A stretch of DNA of 64,000 nt from positions 8,544 to 72,543 of the forward strand of contig DJPN01000006.1 in NCBI GenBank assembly GCA_002438565.1. Direction: 5' to 3'. The notes beneath the pieces are model-generated. The model was not told where the DNA came from and did not search any database. It saw only the letters and a list, made by a program, of their open reading frames with translations. Below are positions 20,464 through 30,176 of this stretch, in pieces; position 1 is the stretch's first letter; each line of letters begins with the position of its first letter. This stretch comes from Alphaproteobacteria bacterium UBA6411 (GTDB lineage Bacteria; Pseudomonadota; Alphaproteobacteria; CAAGCB01; CAG-977). Both the position numbers and the translations under genes were made by a program.

Positions 20464-21132
20464 TTATGAATTTTCTTTTATTATTTTATTAAGCTCCTCA
20501 CGCCAGCGATACGGATTATGCCAAAAGCACCCGACACATCCCGCTTCATCGTTCGGGGAAGCCGCATCCCAATTTTCACCGCCTTTGTACCAGAAATGAA
20601 TCCCCGGGAAACAACCTCTTTTGCCCGTTTCAAAACATTTTTCGCATTGACGGGATTTCAACAAATTGTTTGAACGATTCAGTAACATAAATTTTGCTTT
20701 AAGCTCTTCATTGGAAAGTCTGTCGTTGTCCTGTTCGTTTTGCCCCCAGCGAATTTGCGGAAAACGATGATCAACTTCCAATTCCCTGTCAGATAATTTA
20801 CGGAGCAAAACAGCTTCTTCGTTTTTGTATAAATTTTTCACCCGTTTTGCAACAGCCTCCGAAATCCCCGAACGCGCTTTGGATACAGGCAATAACTCGG
20901 TTGAAGCCAGTTTGCGAAAAACAGTCTTGCTCTTGCAATGCGGACAATATTGTTTTTTAAAAAGATTGCCTTTCTCATCACAGTCAAGCTGAATCCCTTT
21001 TTCCTGCCGCCAAACTTGCCACGTTTTGGCTTGCCCCGATCTCAGCTCGCACTTTGTGCAATGCCATTGCAAATCGGACATTGTTTCGAAATCTTTGTAA
21101 TTCGTACTGCCTTCTTTAAAAGGATTCGTCAT
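20464..21132 (-). CDS. Cysteine-rich HNH-like nuclease, putative Type II restriction endonuclease
   Basis: 222 aa. Four CxxC pairs (CTKC, CPHC, CEKC, CVGC). A central ..ELEVDHRFPQIRWGQNEQDND..N.. stretch resembles the HNH / beta-beta-alpha-Me motif. First gene of the low-GC R-M operon. Confidence 0.5.
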   Translation of the reverse strand: MTNPFKEGSTNYKDFETMSDLQWHCTKCELRSGQAKTWQVWRQEKGIQLDCDEKGNLFKKQYCPHCKSKTVFRKLASTELLPVSKARSGISEAVAKRVKNLYKNEEAVLLRKLSDRELEVDHRFPQIRWGQNEQDNDRLSNEELKAKFMLLNRSNNLLKSRQCEKCFETGKRGCFPGIHFWYKGGENWDAASPNDEAGCVGCFWHNPYRWREELNKIIKENS

Positions 21133-21133
21133 T

Positions 21134-21958
21134 TCATTCCCCTATTTTCAGTCCGTTCAAAAACTTGTCGAAGTCTTTGCCGTCGTAGTCTTCGATTTTG
21201 CCCGCGTCGCACATTTTTGCCGTTTCGGGGTTCATCGGCAGCTGGACGGTATACGGAATTGCGTATTTTCCCGCAATTTCAAAGATATGGCTTTCCCCGA
21301 AAATATAATGCTTTTTATGGCAGTCGGGACATTCAAAGTACGCCATGTTTTCGACGATTCCCAAAACGGGAACGTTCATTTTGTTCGCCATTTTGACCGC
21401 TTTTTCGACAATCATCGAAACCAATTCCTGCGGCGACGTTACAATCACGATGCCGTCGACGGGAATCGACTGAAACACGGTCAGCGGCACGTCGCCCGTT
21501 CCGGGGGGCATATCGATAAACATCACGTCGACATCGCCCCAGACGACATCCGTCCAAAACTGTTTGACCGTTCCCGCAATCACGGGACCGCGCCACAGCA
21601 CGGGGTCGGTGTCGTTTTCAAGCAGCATGTTGACGGACATGATTTCAACGCCCGATTTTGTTTCGGCGGGAAAAATGCCGCTGTCGTTGCCCATCGCCTT
21701 TTGCGTCACGCCGAACGTTTTGGGAATTGAGGGCCCCGTAATGTCCGCGTCCAAAACAGCGGTTTTCAAGCCTTTTTTCCGCGCTGCAACCGCCAGCATG
21801 CTTGTCACCGACGATTTGCCCACGCCGCCTTTGCCGCTGACAACCGCAATGACTTTTTTGACATGCGAATCCGTGTTCGATTTGGCAATCAAATCCTCTT
21901 TGCCGCGTTCCGAACAATGGTGCGAACAGGTTGAACAGTTATGCAAACATTCCGCCAT
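21134..21958 (-). CDS. apbC: Mrp/ApbC/NBP35-family iron-sulfur cluster carrier ATPase
   Basis: 274 aa. Deviant Walker A GKGGVGKSS, CxxC near the C-terminus, and an N-terminal Cys cluster (CSTCSHHC). Confidence 0.85.
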   Translation of the reverse strand: MAECLHNCSTCSHHCSERGKEDLIAKSNTDSHVKKVIAVVSGKGGVGKSSVTSMLAVAARKKGLKTAVLDADITGPSIPKTFGVTQKAMGNDSGIFPAETKSGVEIMSVNMLLENDTDPVLWRGPVIAGTVKQFWTDVVWGDVDVMFIDMPPGTGDVPLTVFQSIPVDGIVIVTSPQELVSMIVEKAVKMANKMNVPVLGIVENMAYFECPDCHKKHYIFGESHIFEIAGKYAIPYTVQLPMNPETAKMCDAGKIEDYDGKDFDKFLNGLKIGE

Positions 21959-21959
21959 T

Positions 21960-23123
21960 TCATTTTTCCTTTATCAAATCCAAAATCGCGTCGGCGGCTT
22001 TTTGGCTGGGCGTTTCAGCCCCGTCCGCCCCCAGCATTTTCAGCACGTCGAATGCGCCGTTCACTTCGGCGTCTTTGTACGCTTCATCCGTCAAAAGCTT
22101 TTCGACTTCCGCCGCCAAAAGGTCTGGTTTGCAGTCCTCCAGCAAATATTCTTTGACGATTTCCTTGTCCGCCAAAATGTTGACCAAGTTCGCATACTTG
22201 CCGCTGACCAGTTTGCGCGCCAAAAACGATGAAACGGGGTTCATTTTGTACGCAATCGTGTAGGGAACTTTCGCCATCGCCAGTTCCAAAGCGACCGTCC
22301 CCGACGCCGCCAAAGCCGCGTCCGCCGCCGCAAAAGCGTCATACCGCGCCGTTTCACCCGTCACGACAATGACGGGCAAAGCCCAGTCCTTGACCGCCGC
22401 CTTGACCGCGTACTGCACCGTCGCAACCGTCGGTACGACGATTTTCATATCGGGGTGTTTTTGCGCCAGCAAAGCGACCGTATCTTTGAACACAGGCAGC
22501 AAGTATTTGATTTCCGACCGTCTGCTGCCCGGCAGAACGCACAGCAGCTTTTCATTTTCGGCAATGCCGTGTTCGGCGCGGAAAGCCGCCCCGTTTCCTT
22601 TTGCCGCGCCGCCCTCGACAACGGGATGACCGACAAAATCGACTTTCAAGCCGTAGGGCGTAAAGTATTTCGCTTCATACGGCAACAAAGCCAGAAGCAA
22701 ATCAATGTAGCGTCCGCACGTTTTCGCGCGCCCCTTTTTCCACGCCCACACTTGCGGGGCGACGTAATGCACCTGCGGAATCCCCGTGTGCAAAGAGCGC
22801 AAGCCTTGATTGACCCGCACTGAAAAGCTCCAGCTGTCGACGGTAACGACAACGGCGGGCTTTTTGGCAACAATGTCGTCGACCGTTTGACGGATGCGCG
22901 CCATAATGCGCGGAATGGACGGAATGACCTCTGCCAAACCCATCACCGCCAGTTCCGACGAATCGAACAGGCTTTCAAAGCCCTGTTCCGCCATGGTTTC
23001 ACCGCCGACGCCCGCAAAGCGGACTTTTCCGCCCGTTTTTTCACGCAGGGCTTTCATCAGCCTTGAAGCCAGCAAATCGCCCGACGGTTCGCCCGCAATC
23101 AGATAAATCAGTCTTTCTTTCAC
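21960..23123 (-). CDS. lpxB: Lipid-A-disaccharide synthase
   Basis: 387 aa. GEPSGD N-terminal motif. GT-B fold (GT19). Confidence 0.9.
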   Translation of the reverse strand: MKERLIYLIAGEPSGDLLASRLMKALREKTGGKVRFAGVGGETMAEQGFESLFDSSELAVMGLAEVIPSIPRIMARIRQTVDDIVAKKPAVVVTVDSWSFSVRVNQGLRSLHTGIPQVHYVAPQVWAWKKGRAKTCGRYIDLLLALLPYEAKYFTPYGLKVDFVGHPVVEGGAAKGNGAAFRAEHGIAENEKLLCVLPGSRRSEIKYLLPVFKDTVALLAQKHPDMKIVVPTVATVQYAVKAAVKDWALPVIVVTGETARYDAFAAADAALAASGTVALELAMAKVPYTIAYKMNPVSSFLARKLVSGKYANLVNILADKEIVKEYLLEDCKPDLLAAEVEKLLTDEAYKDAEVNGAFDVLKMLGADGAETPSQKAADAILDLIKEK

Positions 23124-23128
23124 AGCGG

Positions 23129-23950
23129 TTACTCCTGTATTTTAATCCCGACAACAAACAGTCCCAACTCATCTGCTTTGGCGACCACGGCGGAGCGGTC
23201 GACGATTAAAGTCTTGCCCGCCTGCACCGCAATTCCACGCAATCCCGAAGCCACCGCGTTTTCCACCGTCGAAACGCCGATGGTCGGCAAATCCGCGCGC
23301 TGTTCCTGCTGCGGCTTTTTCGTTTTGACCAATACGCCGCCCAAGCCGTCGCGTTTCAAATCTTTGCACCGTTTTATCAAAGCGTCCGTTCCCTCGACCG
23401 CTTCGACGCCCAGCACGATGCCCTGCTGAACGATGACGGACTGTCCGACGTCCAACGCCCCCAGACCGAGGGCGATTTTGACGCCGTGTTCAATGTCCGC
23501 CAAAGCCTGCGCGTCGGGTTTGATTTTGCCGAACACGCCTTCGGTCGCCAGAATGTCGCCCAAAACTTCGTGAACGCCGATGATTTTAAAGCCTTCTGTT
23601 TCGATGTATTTGATGACCGAAGTCAGCAAATGGTCGTCGCCGAACGCTTTAAATCCGATTTTGGCAAGGAATTTCGCCGTCCACCAATCGGGGCGCAGCT
23701 GAAACAAAGACGGACGGCGCACGGGACCGATCATCACGATTTCCTCAACGCCCTGTTCATGAAAGAACTTGACAGCCTTTCCCGCTTCGCCCAGCCGAAT
23801 CCACAACCCGACATCGCCGCCGATTGAATCGGGCAAAGCGAAATCCTTTAACCCGACAACGGCAAAGGGGCGACCCTGCGCCCGACAGCCGTCAATCAGC
23901 TGCCGCGGCAAGTGACCGCCCCCCGCTATAATGCCCAGTTTTTTCATCAT
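23129..23950 (-). CDS. lpxI: UDP-2,3-diacylglucosamine hydrolase LpxI (DUF1009)
   Basis: 273 aa. Sits between lpxA and lpxB, which is the characteristic position in alphaproteobacteria. GIIAGGGHLP N-terminus. Confidence 0.75.
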   Translation of the reverse strand: MMKKLGIIAGGGHLPRQLIDGCRAQGRPFAVVGLKDFALPDSIGGDVGLWIRLGEAGKAVKFFHEQGVEEIVMIGPVRRPSLFQLRPDWWTAKFLAKIGFKAFGDDHLLTSVIKYIETEGFKIIGVHEVLGDILATEGVFGKIKPDAQALADIEHGVKIALGLGALDVGQSVIVQQGIVLGVEAVEGTDALIKRCKDLKRDGLGGVLVKTKKPQQEQRADLPTIGVSTVENAVASGLRGIAVQAGKTLIVDRSAVVAKADELGLFVVGIKIQE

Positions 23951-24735
23951 TCCGCAGTCTTGGGATGCATAAAGCCGCGCTTGTAGTCGGTTTGCATAAA
24001 CGTGACAATCTCCTGCACGGGTTCGCAGTCGCGATAAGTTTCCGCGACTTTTGCCACACGGTCGGACAAAGTGCCGTCGCCGTTGAAGATTTCTCCGACC
24101 GCCAGACGCAGCGTGTTAATCGTTTCCAGCGAAAAGCCTCGGCGTTTCAAACCGACGATATTGACGCCTTCCAGCACATTGAAAGAAATCAAGGAATACG
24201 GAATCACGTCGCGGGCGATGCCGCACATGCCGCCGACCATCGCGTGCGCGCCGATGCGCGTAAACTGATGCACTGCGGACAGTCCTCCGATAATCGCGCG
24301 GTCGCCGACTTTGACGTGTCCCGCCAAGGTCGCATTGTTCGACATGATAACGTTGTTGCCGACTTGACAGTCGTGCGCGATGTGCGTCCCGATCATGAAC
24401 AAGCCGTTGTCCCCGACGCGGGTCACGTTTCCGCCGTCGGGCGAGCCGGGCTGCATGGTCGCGTGTTCGCGAATCGAGTTGTTTTTGCCGATAATCAGCT
24501 TGCCTTTCTTTTCCTTGTCTTTCAAGTCTTGATTTTTACCGCCGATGACGGCAAAAGGGCTGATTTCGGTGTTTTCGCCGACAGTCGTATCACCGCCGAC
24601 CCACACATGGGAAATCAAAGTAACGCCGTCGTTCAAAACGACCTGCGGCCCGACATAGCTGTAAGGTCCGACCGTTACGTTGTCGCCCAACTGCGCGCCG
24701 TCTTCGATAATGGCGGTAGGATGAATGTTGTTCAT
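23947..24735 (-). CDS. lpxA: UDP-N-acetylglucosamine O-acyltransferase
   Basis: 262 aa left-handed beta-helix with hexapeptide repeats. Operon context fabZ-lpxA. Confidence 0.9.
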   Translation of the reverse strand: MNNIHPTAIIEDGAQLGDNVTVGPYSYVGPQVVLNDGVTLISHVWVGGDTTVGENTEISPFAVIGGKNQDLKDKEKKGKLIIGKNNSIREHATMQPGSPDGGNVTRVGDNGLFMIGTHIAHDCQVGNNVIMSNNATLAGHVKVGDRAIIGGLSAVHQFTRIGAHAMVGGMCGIARDVIPYSLISFNVLEGVNIVGLKRRGFSLETINTLRLAVGEIFNGDGTLSDRVAKVAETYRDCEPVQEIVTFMQTDYKRGFMHPKTAE

Positions 24736-24738
24736 GGG

Positions 24739-25206
24739 TTATTTCTTTTCTTCAAAAATCATGGCTGTAAAGACGGCTTCCGCGTGCAAAACGCCGTCAA
24801 CCGTCGCTTCGCCGCGGAAACGGTAGACATTACGGCGTTCCTGTTCCTTGACGACGTGCATTTTCAGCTGATGGCCGGGCAGAACGGGTTTGCGGAATTT
24901 GGCGTTTTCGACGCTCATAAAGAACACGCTTTTCTTGTGCCCCTCTTCTTGATTGCTCATTACGGCAACGGCGGCGGTCTGCGCCATCGCTTCAATAATC
25001 AAAACACCGGGCATAACGGGATTTTCGGGAAAATGTCCCGTGAACTGCGGTTCGTTCATCGTGACGTTTTTCAGACCGATTGCTTCTTCGTTCGGTTTGA
25101 TGATGTCCACCTTGTCCACCAGCAAAAACGGATAGCGGTGGGGAATCATGGTCAAAATTTCGTTGATTCCGATTTCTCTGATAACTTCTTTTTCCACGGA
25201 AAGCAC
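24739..25206 (-). CDS. fabZ: 3-hydroxyacyl-ACP dehydratase
   Basis: 155 aa. LPHRYPFLLVD hot-dog motif. Confidence 0.9.
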   Translation of the reverse strand: MLSVEKEVIREIGINEILTMIPHRYPFLLVDKVDIIKPNEEAIGLKNVTMNEPQFTGHFPENPVMPGVLIIEAMAQTAAVAVMSNQEEGHKKSVFFMSVENAKFRKPVLPGHQLKMHVVKEQERRNVYRFRGEATVDGVLHAEAVFTAMIFEEKK

Positions 25207-25209
25207 TCC

Positions 25210-26226
25210 TTAACGTTTAATCAGTTTTTTCAAAGTGGCGACTTGGCGCATGTATTCTTTCAACGGAACGGCGGGCGATCCCATCAAATGTTCCATCGGT
25301 TCGACATCGCGCAAAATACCGGATTGAGCCGCAATCTGCGCCCCGCTGCCGATATTCAAGTGACCTGCAACCCCTGCCTGCCCCGCCAAAACGACAAAAT
25401 CCCCCATTTTTGTGCTGCCTGCGACGCCGACTTGCGAAACGATGACGCAGCATTTTCCCGTTTGGACGTTGTGGCCGAACTGAATCAAGTTGTCCAGACG
25501 AGAACCGTCGCCGATGACCGTATCGCCCAAAGCCCCGCGGTCAAGGCAGGTATTCGCGCCGATTTCCACATCGTTGCCGATAATCACGCGCCCCAGCTGC
25601 GGAATTTTGGTGTGTCCCTTCGGGCTCATAAAGAATCCGAAGCCGTCCTGTCCGATGCGGGCGCCCGGATAAATGTAAACCTTGTTGCCAGCAATCGTGT
25701 ACTGCACGGACGCGTTTGCACCGACAATGCAGTCGTCGCCCAAAATCACGTTGTCGCCAATAACTGCGTTCGGGAAAATGTGGCCGTTTTTGCCGATTTT
25801 GACGTTTTCACCGACGACCGCCCCCGCGTCAATGCGCGTTCCTTCGCCGATTTCAGCCGTATCGGCAACAACGGCGCGCGGGTGCACGACGGTTTTTTCC
25901 GATTTTTCGTTCGGATAGAACGCCGCCGCCGCCAATCCGTAGGAACGATAGGGTTCTTTGGCAACCAAAACCGCGGAAGATTCGGGAACTTTATCGACAA
26001 ATTCGGCGGAAACGATGCACACGCCCGCTTTGGTGTTTTCCAAATCGCCAACGTATTTTTTGCTTAACAAAAAGCTGACGTCTTTTTCACCGCCGTCCTG
26101 CAAAGAACCGACGTTTTCATACACGGCATCCGCTTTGGAATGAGGTCCGATTTCAGTCTGCGTGATTTCCGCCAACTGCTGCAAAGTAAAAGGTCCCGCC
26201 TTTTTGAAAAAACGACTGTCGGGCAT
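25210..26226 (-). CDS. lpxD: UDP-3-O-acylglucosamine N-acyltransferase
   Basis: 338 aa. LbH repeats. Sits upstream of fabZ. Confidence 0.9.
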   Translation of the reverse strand: MPDSRFFKKAGPFTLQQLAEITQTEIGPHSKADAVYENVGSLQDGGEKDVSFLLSKKYVGDLENTKAGVCIVSAEFVDKVPESSAVLVAKEPYRSYGLAAAAFYPNEKSEKTVVHPRAVVADTAEIGEGTRIDAGAVVGENVKIGKNGHIFPNAVIGDNVILGDDCIVGANASVQYTIAGNKVYIYPGARIGQDGFGFFMSPKGHTKIPQLGRVIIGNDVEIGANTCLDRGALGDTVIGDGSRLDNLIQFGHNVQTGKCCVIVSQVGVAGSTKMGDFVVLAGQAGVAGHLNIGSGAQIAAQSGILRDVEPMEHLMGSPAVPLKEYMRQVATLKKLIKR

Positions 26227-26247
26227 TGATGTATCCTTCTCGGTTAA

Positions 26248-26808
26248 TTATTTTTTGGATTTTTTCGCGGGTTCAAGCGAAACTTTTTTGATGTCGATTT
26301 TGGGCATTTTTTTGTTGACGCGTTCAATCGCCTGTTTTGTCATATCCAAATCGTTATCAAAGTAAAACGCATTGCGGGCATCGACAATCGCGTCAAAGCC
26401 TTTTTCTTTCGCCAATTCTTTGACAACAGGATTTACAGCGTTTTCTTTGAAGGAAATCAAAGCCTTTGCGAACTCTTCCTGCAATTCCTGTCCGGCCTTT
26501 TGCGCTTTTTCCTGCAATTCGCGTTCAGCTTTGTCAATGGAATCCAGTTTGATGCCCAGTTCTGCTTTGGACAAATTATTTTCCTGTTCCGCCAGCTCTT
26601 TTTTGCGATTGACGATGGTTTGAGCTTCCTTTTCAAACTGGGACTTCAACAAAGCGAGTATTTTGTCGCGCTGCAGCTGCAATCCCTGCAAAGCCGTCGA
26701 CTGCTGAGCCAATGCGGCATCGTTGATAAATCCGATTTTTGTTTCATCCGCACGAACGGAAGTCGATAACAAAACGCCTGTCATCACCAATAAAAGTTCT
26801 TTTTTCAT
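26248..26808 (-). CDS. skp: Periplasmic chaperone Skp/OmpH
   Basis: 186 aa. Signal peptide, coiled-coil-rich. Lies between bamA and lpxD. Confidence 0.75.
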   Translation of the reverse strand: MKKELLLVMTGVLLSTSVRADETKIGFINDAALAQQSTALQGLQLQRDKILALLKSQFEKEAQTIVNRKKELAEQENNLSKAELGIKLDSIDKAERELQEKAQKAGQELQEEFAKALISFKENAVNPVVKELAKEKGFDAIVDARNAFYFDNDLDMTKQAIERVNKKMPKIDIKKVSLEPAKKSKK

Positions 26809-26811
26809 TTT

Positions 26812-29076
26812 TTAAAATCCTGTCCCAAAGTTCAAACGGAAATACTCTGTTTTATCAAAGCGTTCTTTCCGCACCGGAATCGCATAGTCAATGTTAATCG
26901 GCCCCAAAGGCGACGACCACACAAAACCGATACCTATACTACCACGCAATTTGGAAGAATACCACATTTCAGATTCATTAAATCCGCTGGGTTTTCCCGT
27001 AACGCCCCAATCGGTGAAAATTTTACCCTTCATGCCGAATTCGCTGGGCAGCCCCAACGGGAACATCAGCTGCGCGCCGGCCGTCAGCTGCCAGTTGCCG
27101 CCCAAAGAATCGTCGCCCTGCTTGGCGCGCGCAGTAACACCGCCCGTTTCAAAACCGCGCAGGTTTCCACCGCCCAGGAAATAGCGGTTATTCAGACGCA
27201 CATCCTGCCCGAAGCCGAAGATATAGCCGCCCGAAGTGCTTAATCCCAGCACCCATTTGTCGGACAGCGGCGTATAAGTGCCGAAACTGTAATCAGAGCG
27301 CAAATAGCGGTTGTCGCCGCCAAATCCCGCCAAATCGTTGGAAAGCGACAAATACCAGCCGTCCGTCGGATTATAGCGGTTGTCCAAATAGTCCCAAAAC
27401 AGCGATTGGGAAACCATTGACGTCAGAGTCGTCCCTTCCTGTTCGCGCACATAGCGGGACGCCCCGTCGCTGATATCGAAAATTTTGTCGTTGCGTAAAG
27501 TGTATTTGACGGAATGGGACAGCTCTTCGGTATATTTCCAGCCGAACGAATTGGAAAAGCCGGCCATTTCGGAATTGTATGAACTGGTATCCTTGTAATT
27601 TCGGGTCAAGTAGAACACATCCACGCCCCACGACAATTCCCTGTCCAAAAACCACGGTTCGACAAAACTGATATCAAACAGCGTTTTTTGTTCCGCAACG
27701 CTTGCCGACGCGCCGACAACCCGTCCCGTCCCCAAAAAGTTCCGTTCCTGCACGGACACTTCCGCCAAAGGACCGTCATAGGACGACCAGCCGATTCCCA
27801 ATTTCAGCGCCCCCGTCGATTTTTCCGTTACATCGGCGCGCAAAGTCGCTTTGTCGGGCGCGTCCTCGGACGGTTCGATATTGACATCGACCTTTTCAAA
27901 ATAGTTCAGATTTTCAATGCGCTGTCTGGTGCGGCGGATTTTGGCGGGACTGTAAGCGTCGCCTTCGGAAAAACGGAATTCGCGGCGGATGACGCGGTCC
28001 TGCGTGCGGGTGTTGCCGCGAATGTCGATGCGGTCGATAAACAGGTGCTGCCCTTCTTTGACATCGAAAACGACATCCACGGTCGAATCGTCATGCTTGT
28101 CCAGTCTGTATTCCACATCAACGAACGGAAACCCCTGCGCCCCGACCGCATTGGTCAAAGCCAGCACACTGTCGTCGACTTTACTTTGATTGAACGTCTT
28201 TCCCGCCTTAAAAGTCGGCACGGAGCGCACGGTTTCGGGATTGAAACCTTTTAACGACGAAACGATTTCAACTTTGCCGACCGTGTATTTTTTGCCTTCT
28301 TCCAACAGCAGCGTCAGATAAAAATCCTTGCGGTTCGGGGACAATTCGGCGGACGACGACACGACTTCAAAATCGATGTAACCGTGATTGAAATAAAAAC
28401 GGCGCAAAAGCTCTTGATCGTAAGCGAACCTGTCGGGATCGTAAGTATCCGTCGACGTAAACCAGCGGTACCAGCGCGCTTCTTTGGACAGCATGGTTTC
28501 TTCCAGCAAATCGGAATCGAAAGAATTGTTGCCGATAAAGTCGATTTTGCGGATATACGTCGGTTCGCCTTCCGTAATTTCAAAAACGACATCCAAACGA
28601 TTTTGCGGACGTTCGATGATTTTCGGTTCGACAACGGCGGAATACCGTCCCATGCGGCGGTAAAGTTCGACAATTCTTTGCGTGTCCGCCCGCGCTTTCG
28701 CCCGGGTGAAAACCGTTCGCGGACGTAGCGTCAATTCGCCTTTCAGCTGGTCGGATTTGATTTTTTTGTTTCCCTCGAACGTGATTTTGTTCACAATCGG
28801 ATTTTCGACCAAGTCAACCGTCAAAACGCCGTTTTTTTCGGAAAGTTTGACATCGGCGAACAATCCCGTCGAAAACAGTGACTTCAACCCCTTGTCCAGT
28901 CTGTCCGGCGTCGCTTCATCCCCCTGCCGAATCATCAGATAAGTCAAAACCGTTTCGGGTTCGATACGCATCGTCCCGTTAATGACGATTTCATTCACGA
29001 TTTTCGGCGTTTCCTGCGCATTGGCAAAGGAAACAGCAAAGCATAAAGCGACAATCAGCGAAAAGCGGCGAAACAA
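26812..29076 (-). CDS. bamA: Outer membrane protein assembly factor BamA
   Basis: 754 aa. Signal peptide, POTRA repeats, C-terminal beta-barrel ending in an aromatic residue (..NFGTGF). Confidence 0.9.
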   Translation of the reverse strand: MFRRFSLIVALCFAVSFANAQETPKIVNEIVINGTMRIEPETVLTYLMIRQGDEATPDRLDKGLKSLFSTGLFADVKLSEKNGVLTVDLVENPIVNKITFEGNKKIKSDQLKGELTLRPRTVFTRAKARADTQRIVELYRRMGRYSAVVEPKIIERPQNRLDVVFEITEGEPTYIRKIDFIGNNSFDSDLLEETMLSKEARWYRWFTSTDTYDPDRFAYDQELLRRFYFNHGYIDFEVVSSSAELSPNRKDFYLTLLLEEGKKYTVGKVEIVSSLKGFNPETVRSVPTFKAGKTFNQSKVDDSVLALTNAVGAQGFPFVDVEYRLDKHDDSTVDVVFDVKEGQHLFIDRIDIRGNTRTQDRVIRREFRFSEGDAYSPAKIRRTRQRIENLNYFEKVDVNIEPSEDAPDKATLRADVTEKSTGALKLGIGWSSYDGPLAEVSVQERNFLGTGRVVGASASVAEQKTLFDISFVEPWFLDRELSWGVDVFYLTRNYKDTSSYNSEMAGFSNSFGWKYTEELSHSVKYTLRNDKIFDISDGASRYVREQEGTTLTSMVSQSLFWDYLDNRYNPTDGWYLSLSNDLAGFGGDNRYLRSDYSFGTYTPLSDKWVLGLSTSGGYIFGFGQDVRLNNRYFLGGGNLRGFETGGVTARAKQGDDSLGGNWQLTAGAQLMFPLGLPSEFGMKGKIFTDWGVTGKPSGFNESEMWYSSKLRGSIGIGFVWSSPLGPINIDYAIPVRKERFDKTEYFRLNFGTGF

Positions 29077-29087
29077 CAGTTCAATCC

Positions 29088-30176
29088 TTATCCGAACAGA
29101 CGTGAAACAATGCGCACAATATCATTCCACGACGTTACAATCAATAACCCGATAAGCAGGAAAAAGCCTATATTCAACGCGATTGTTTCAGCTTTTTCGG
29201 GAACGGGACGGCGAATGACGGCCTCAATCGCGTAAAACAGCAAATGGCCGCCGTCCAGCATAGGCACGGGCAACAAGTTCAAAAAACCGATGCCGATTGA
29301 CACTTGAATCAAAAATGTCAGAAAACTGACCGCTCCGCCCTTTGCGGCGTCGCCCGACGCTTCCGCGATTCCCAAAGGTCCGCGCAAATCGTCGGCGGAA
29401 CGTTCACGCAAAAGAATACGCTTCAGAACCGCCGTCGTATCCGCCGTCAGTTCCCAAGTATCTTTCAAAGCGGTTTCAAACGCTTCCCGCAAATTCAAAT
29501 CTTTGTAGTGTTCGCGCTGCATGACGGCTTGAACACCCAAAACCGCGCCGCCGTTTTCACGTTTCAAAACAGCGGTCAATTCAACTTCTTTGCCATCGCG
29601 CAAAACAACCATGTTCAAGGTGCTGTCCAGTTCAATCGCCCGACGGATGTCATGGAATTCGTTGATTTTCATGCCGTTGATGCTGATAAAGCGGTCATTG
29701 GGCAAAACCCCAGCGGCTTCTGCGGCGGAACCGGCTGATACGGCGGACACGACGGGCGGCACGGTCAACAGCCCGTATGCGCGCAGCAATCCCGTCAGCA
29801 GAACGATTGCAAACACATAATTCATTGCCGGTCCGGCAAAAGCAATCACCGCCTTTTTCCACAACGGCTGATAAACGATAGAGCTTTTCTTTTCTTCATC
29901 CGTCAGTTCTTTGACTTTTTCATCGACTTTCGTCCCCGCCGCATCGGCGTCGCCCAGCATTTTGACGTAGCCGCCCAACGGAATCAGGCAAACTTTCCAC
30001 AGCGTCCCTTTTTTATCCGTGCGCGACCAAAGCGTTTTTCCGAAGCCGACGGAAAACTCGTCAACCTTGACGCCGCAGGAACGCGCGGCTTGGAAATGGC
30101 CGAACTCGTGAACGATAACGACCAAAGACAACACAAACAAAAAAGAAACCGGATACAACAAAGCCGTCATTTTCAA
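29088..30176 (-). CDS. rseP: Site-2 zinc metalloprotease RseP
   Basis: 362 aa. HEFGH zinc motif in TM1. PDZ domain. C-terminal LDGG motif. Confidence 0.85.
   Translation of the reverse strand: MKMTALLYPVSFLFVLSLVVIVHEFGHFQAARSCGVKVDEFSVGFGKTLWSRTDKKGTLWKVCLIPLGGYVKMLGDADAAGTKVDEKVKELTDEEKKSSIVYQPLWKKAVIAFAGPAMNYVFAIVLLTGLLRAYGLLTVPPVVSAVSAGSAAEAAGVLPNDRFISINGMKINEFHDIRRAIELDSTLNMVVLRDGKEVELTAVLKRENGGAVLGVQAVMQREHYKDLNLREAFETALKDTWELTADTTAVLKRILLRERSADDLRGPLGIAEASGDAAKGGAVSFLTFLIQVSIGIGFLNLLPVPMLDGGHLLFYAIEAVIRRPVPEKAETIALNIGFFLLIGLLIVTSWNDIVRIVSRLFG

Noticed and set aside
23965-26067. 700-aa + strand ORF spanning the lpxA/fabZ/lpxD region
   Set aside because: Antisense to three well-supported, conserved minus-strand genes. 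The product is repetitive and Arg/Ala/Val-rich with no motifs. This is a typical stop-poor antisense frame in high-GC DNA.
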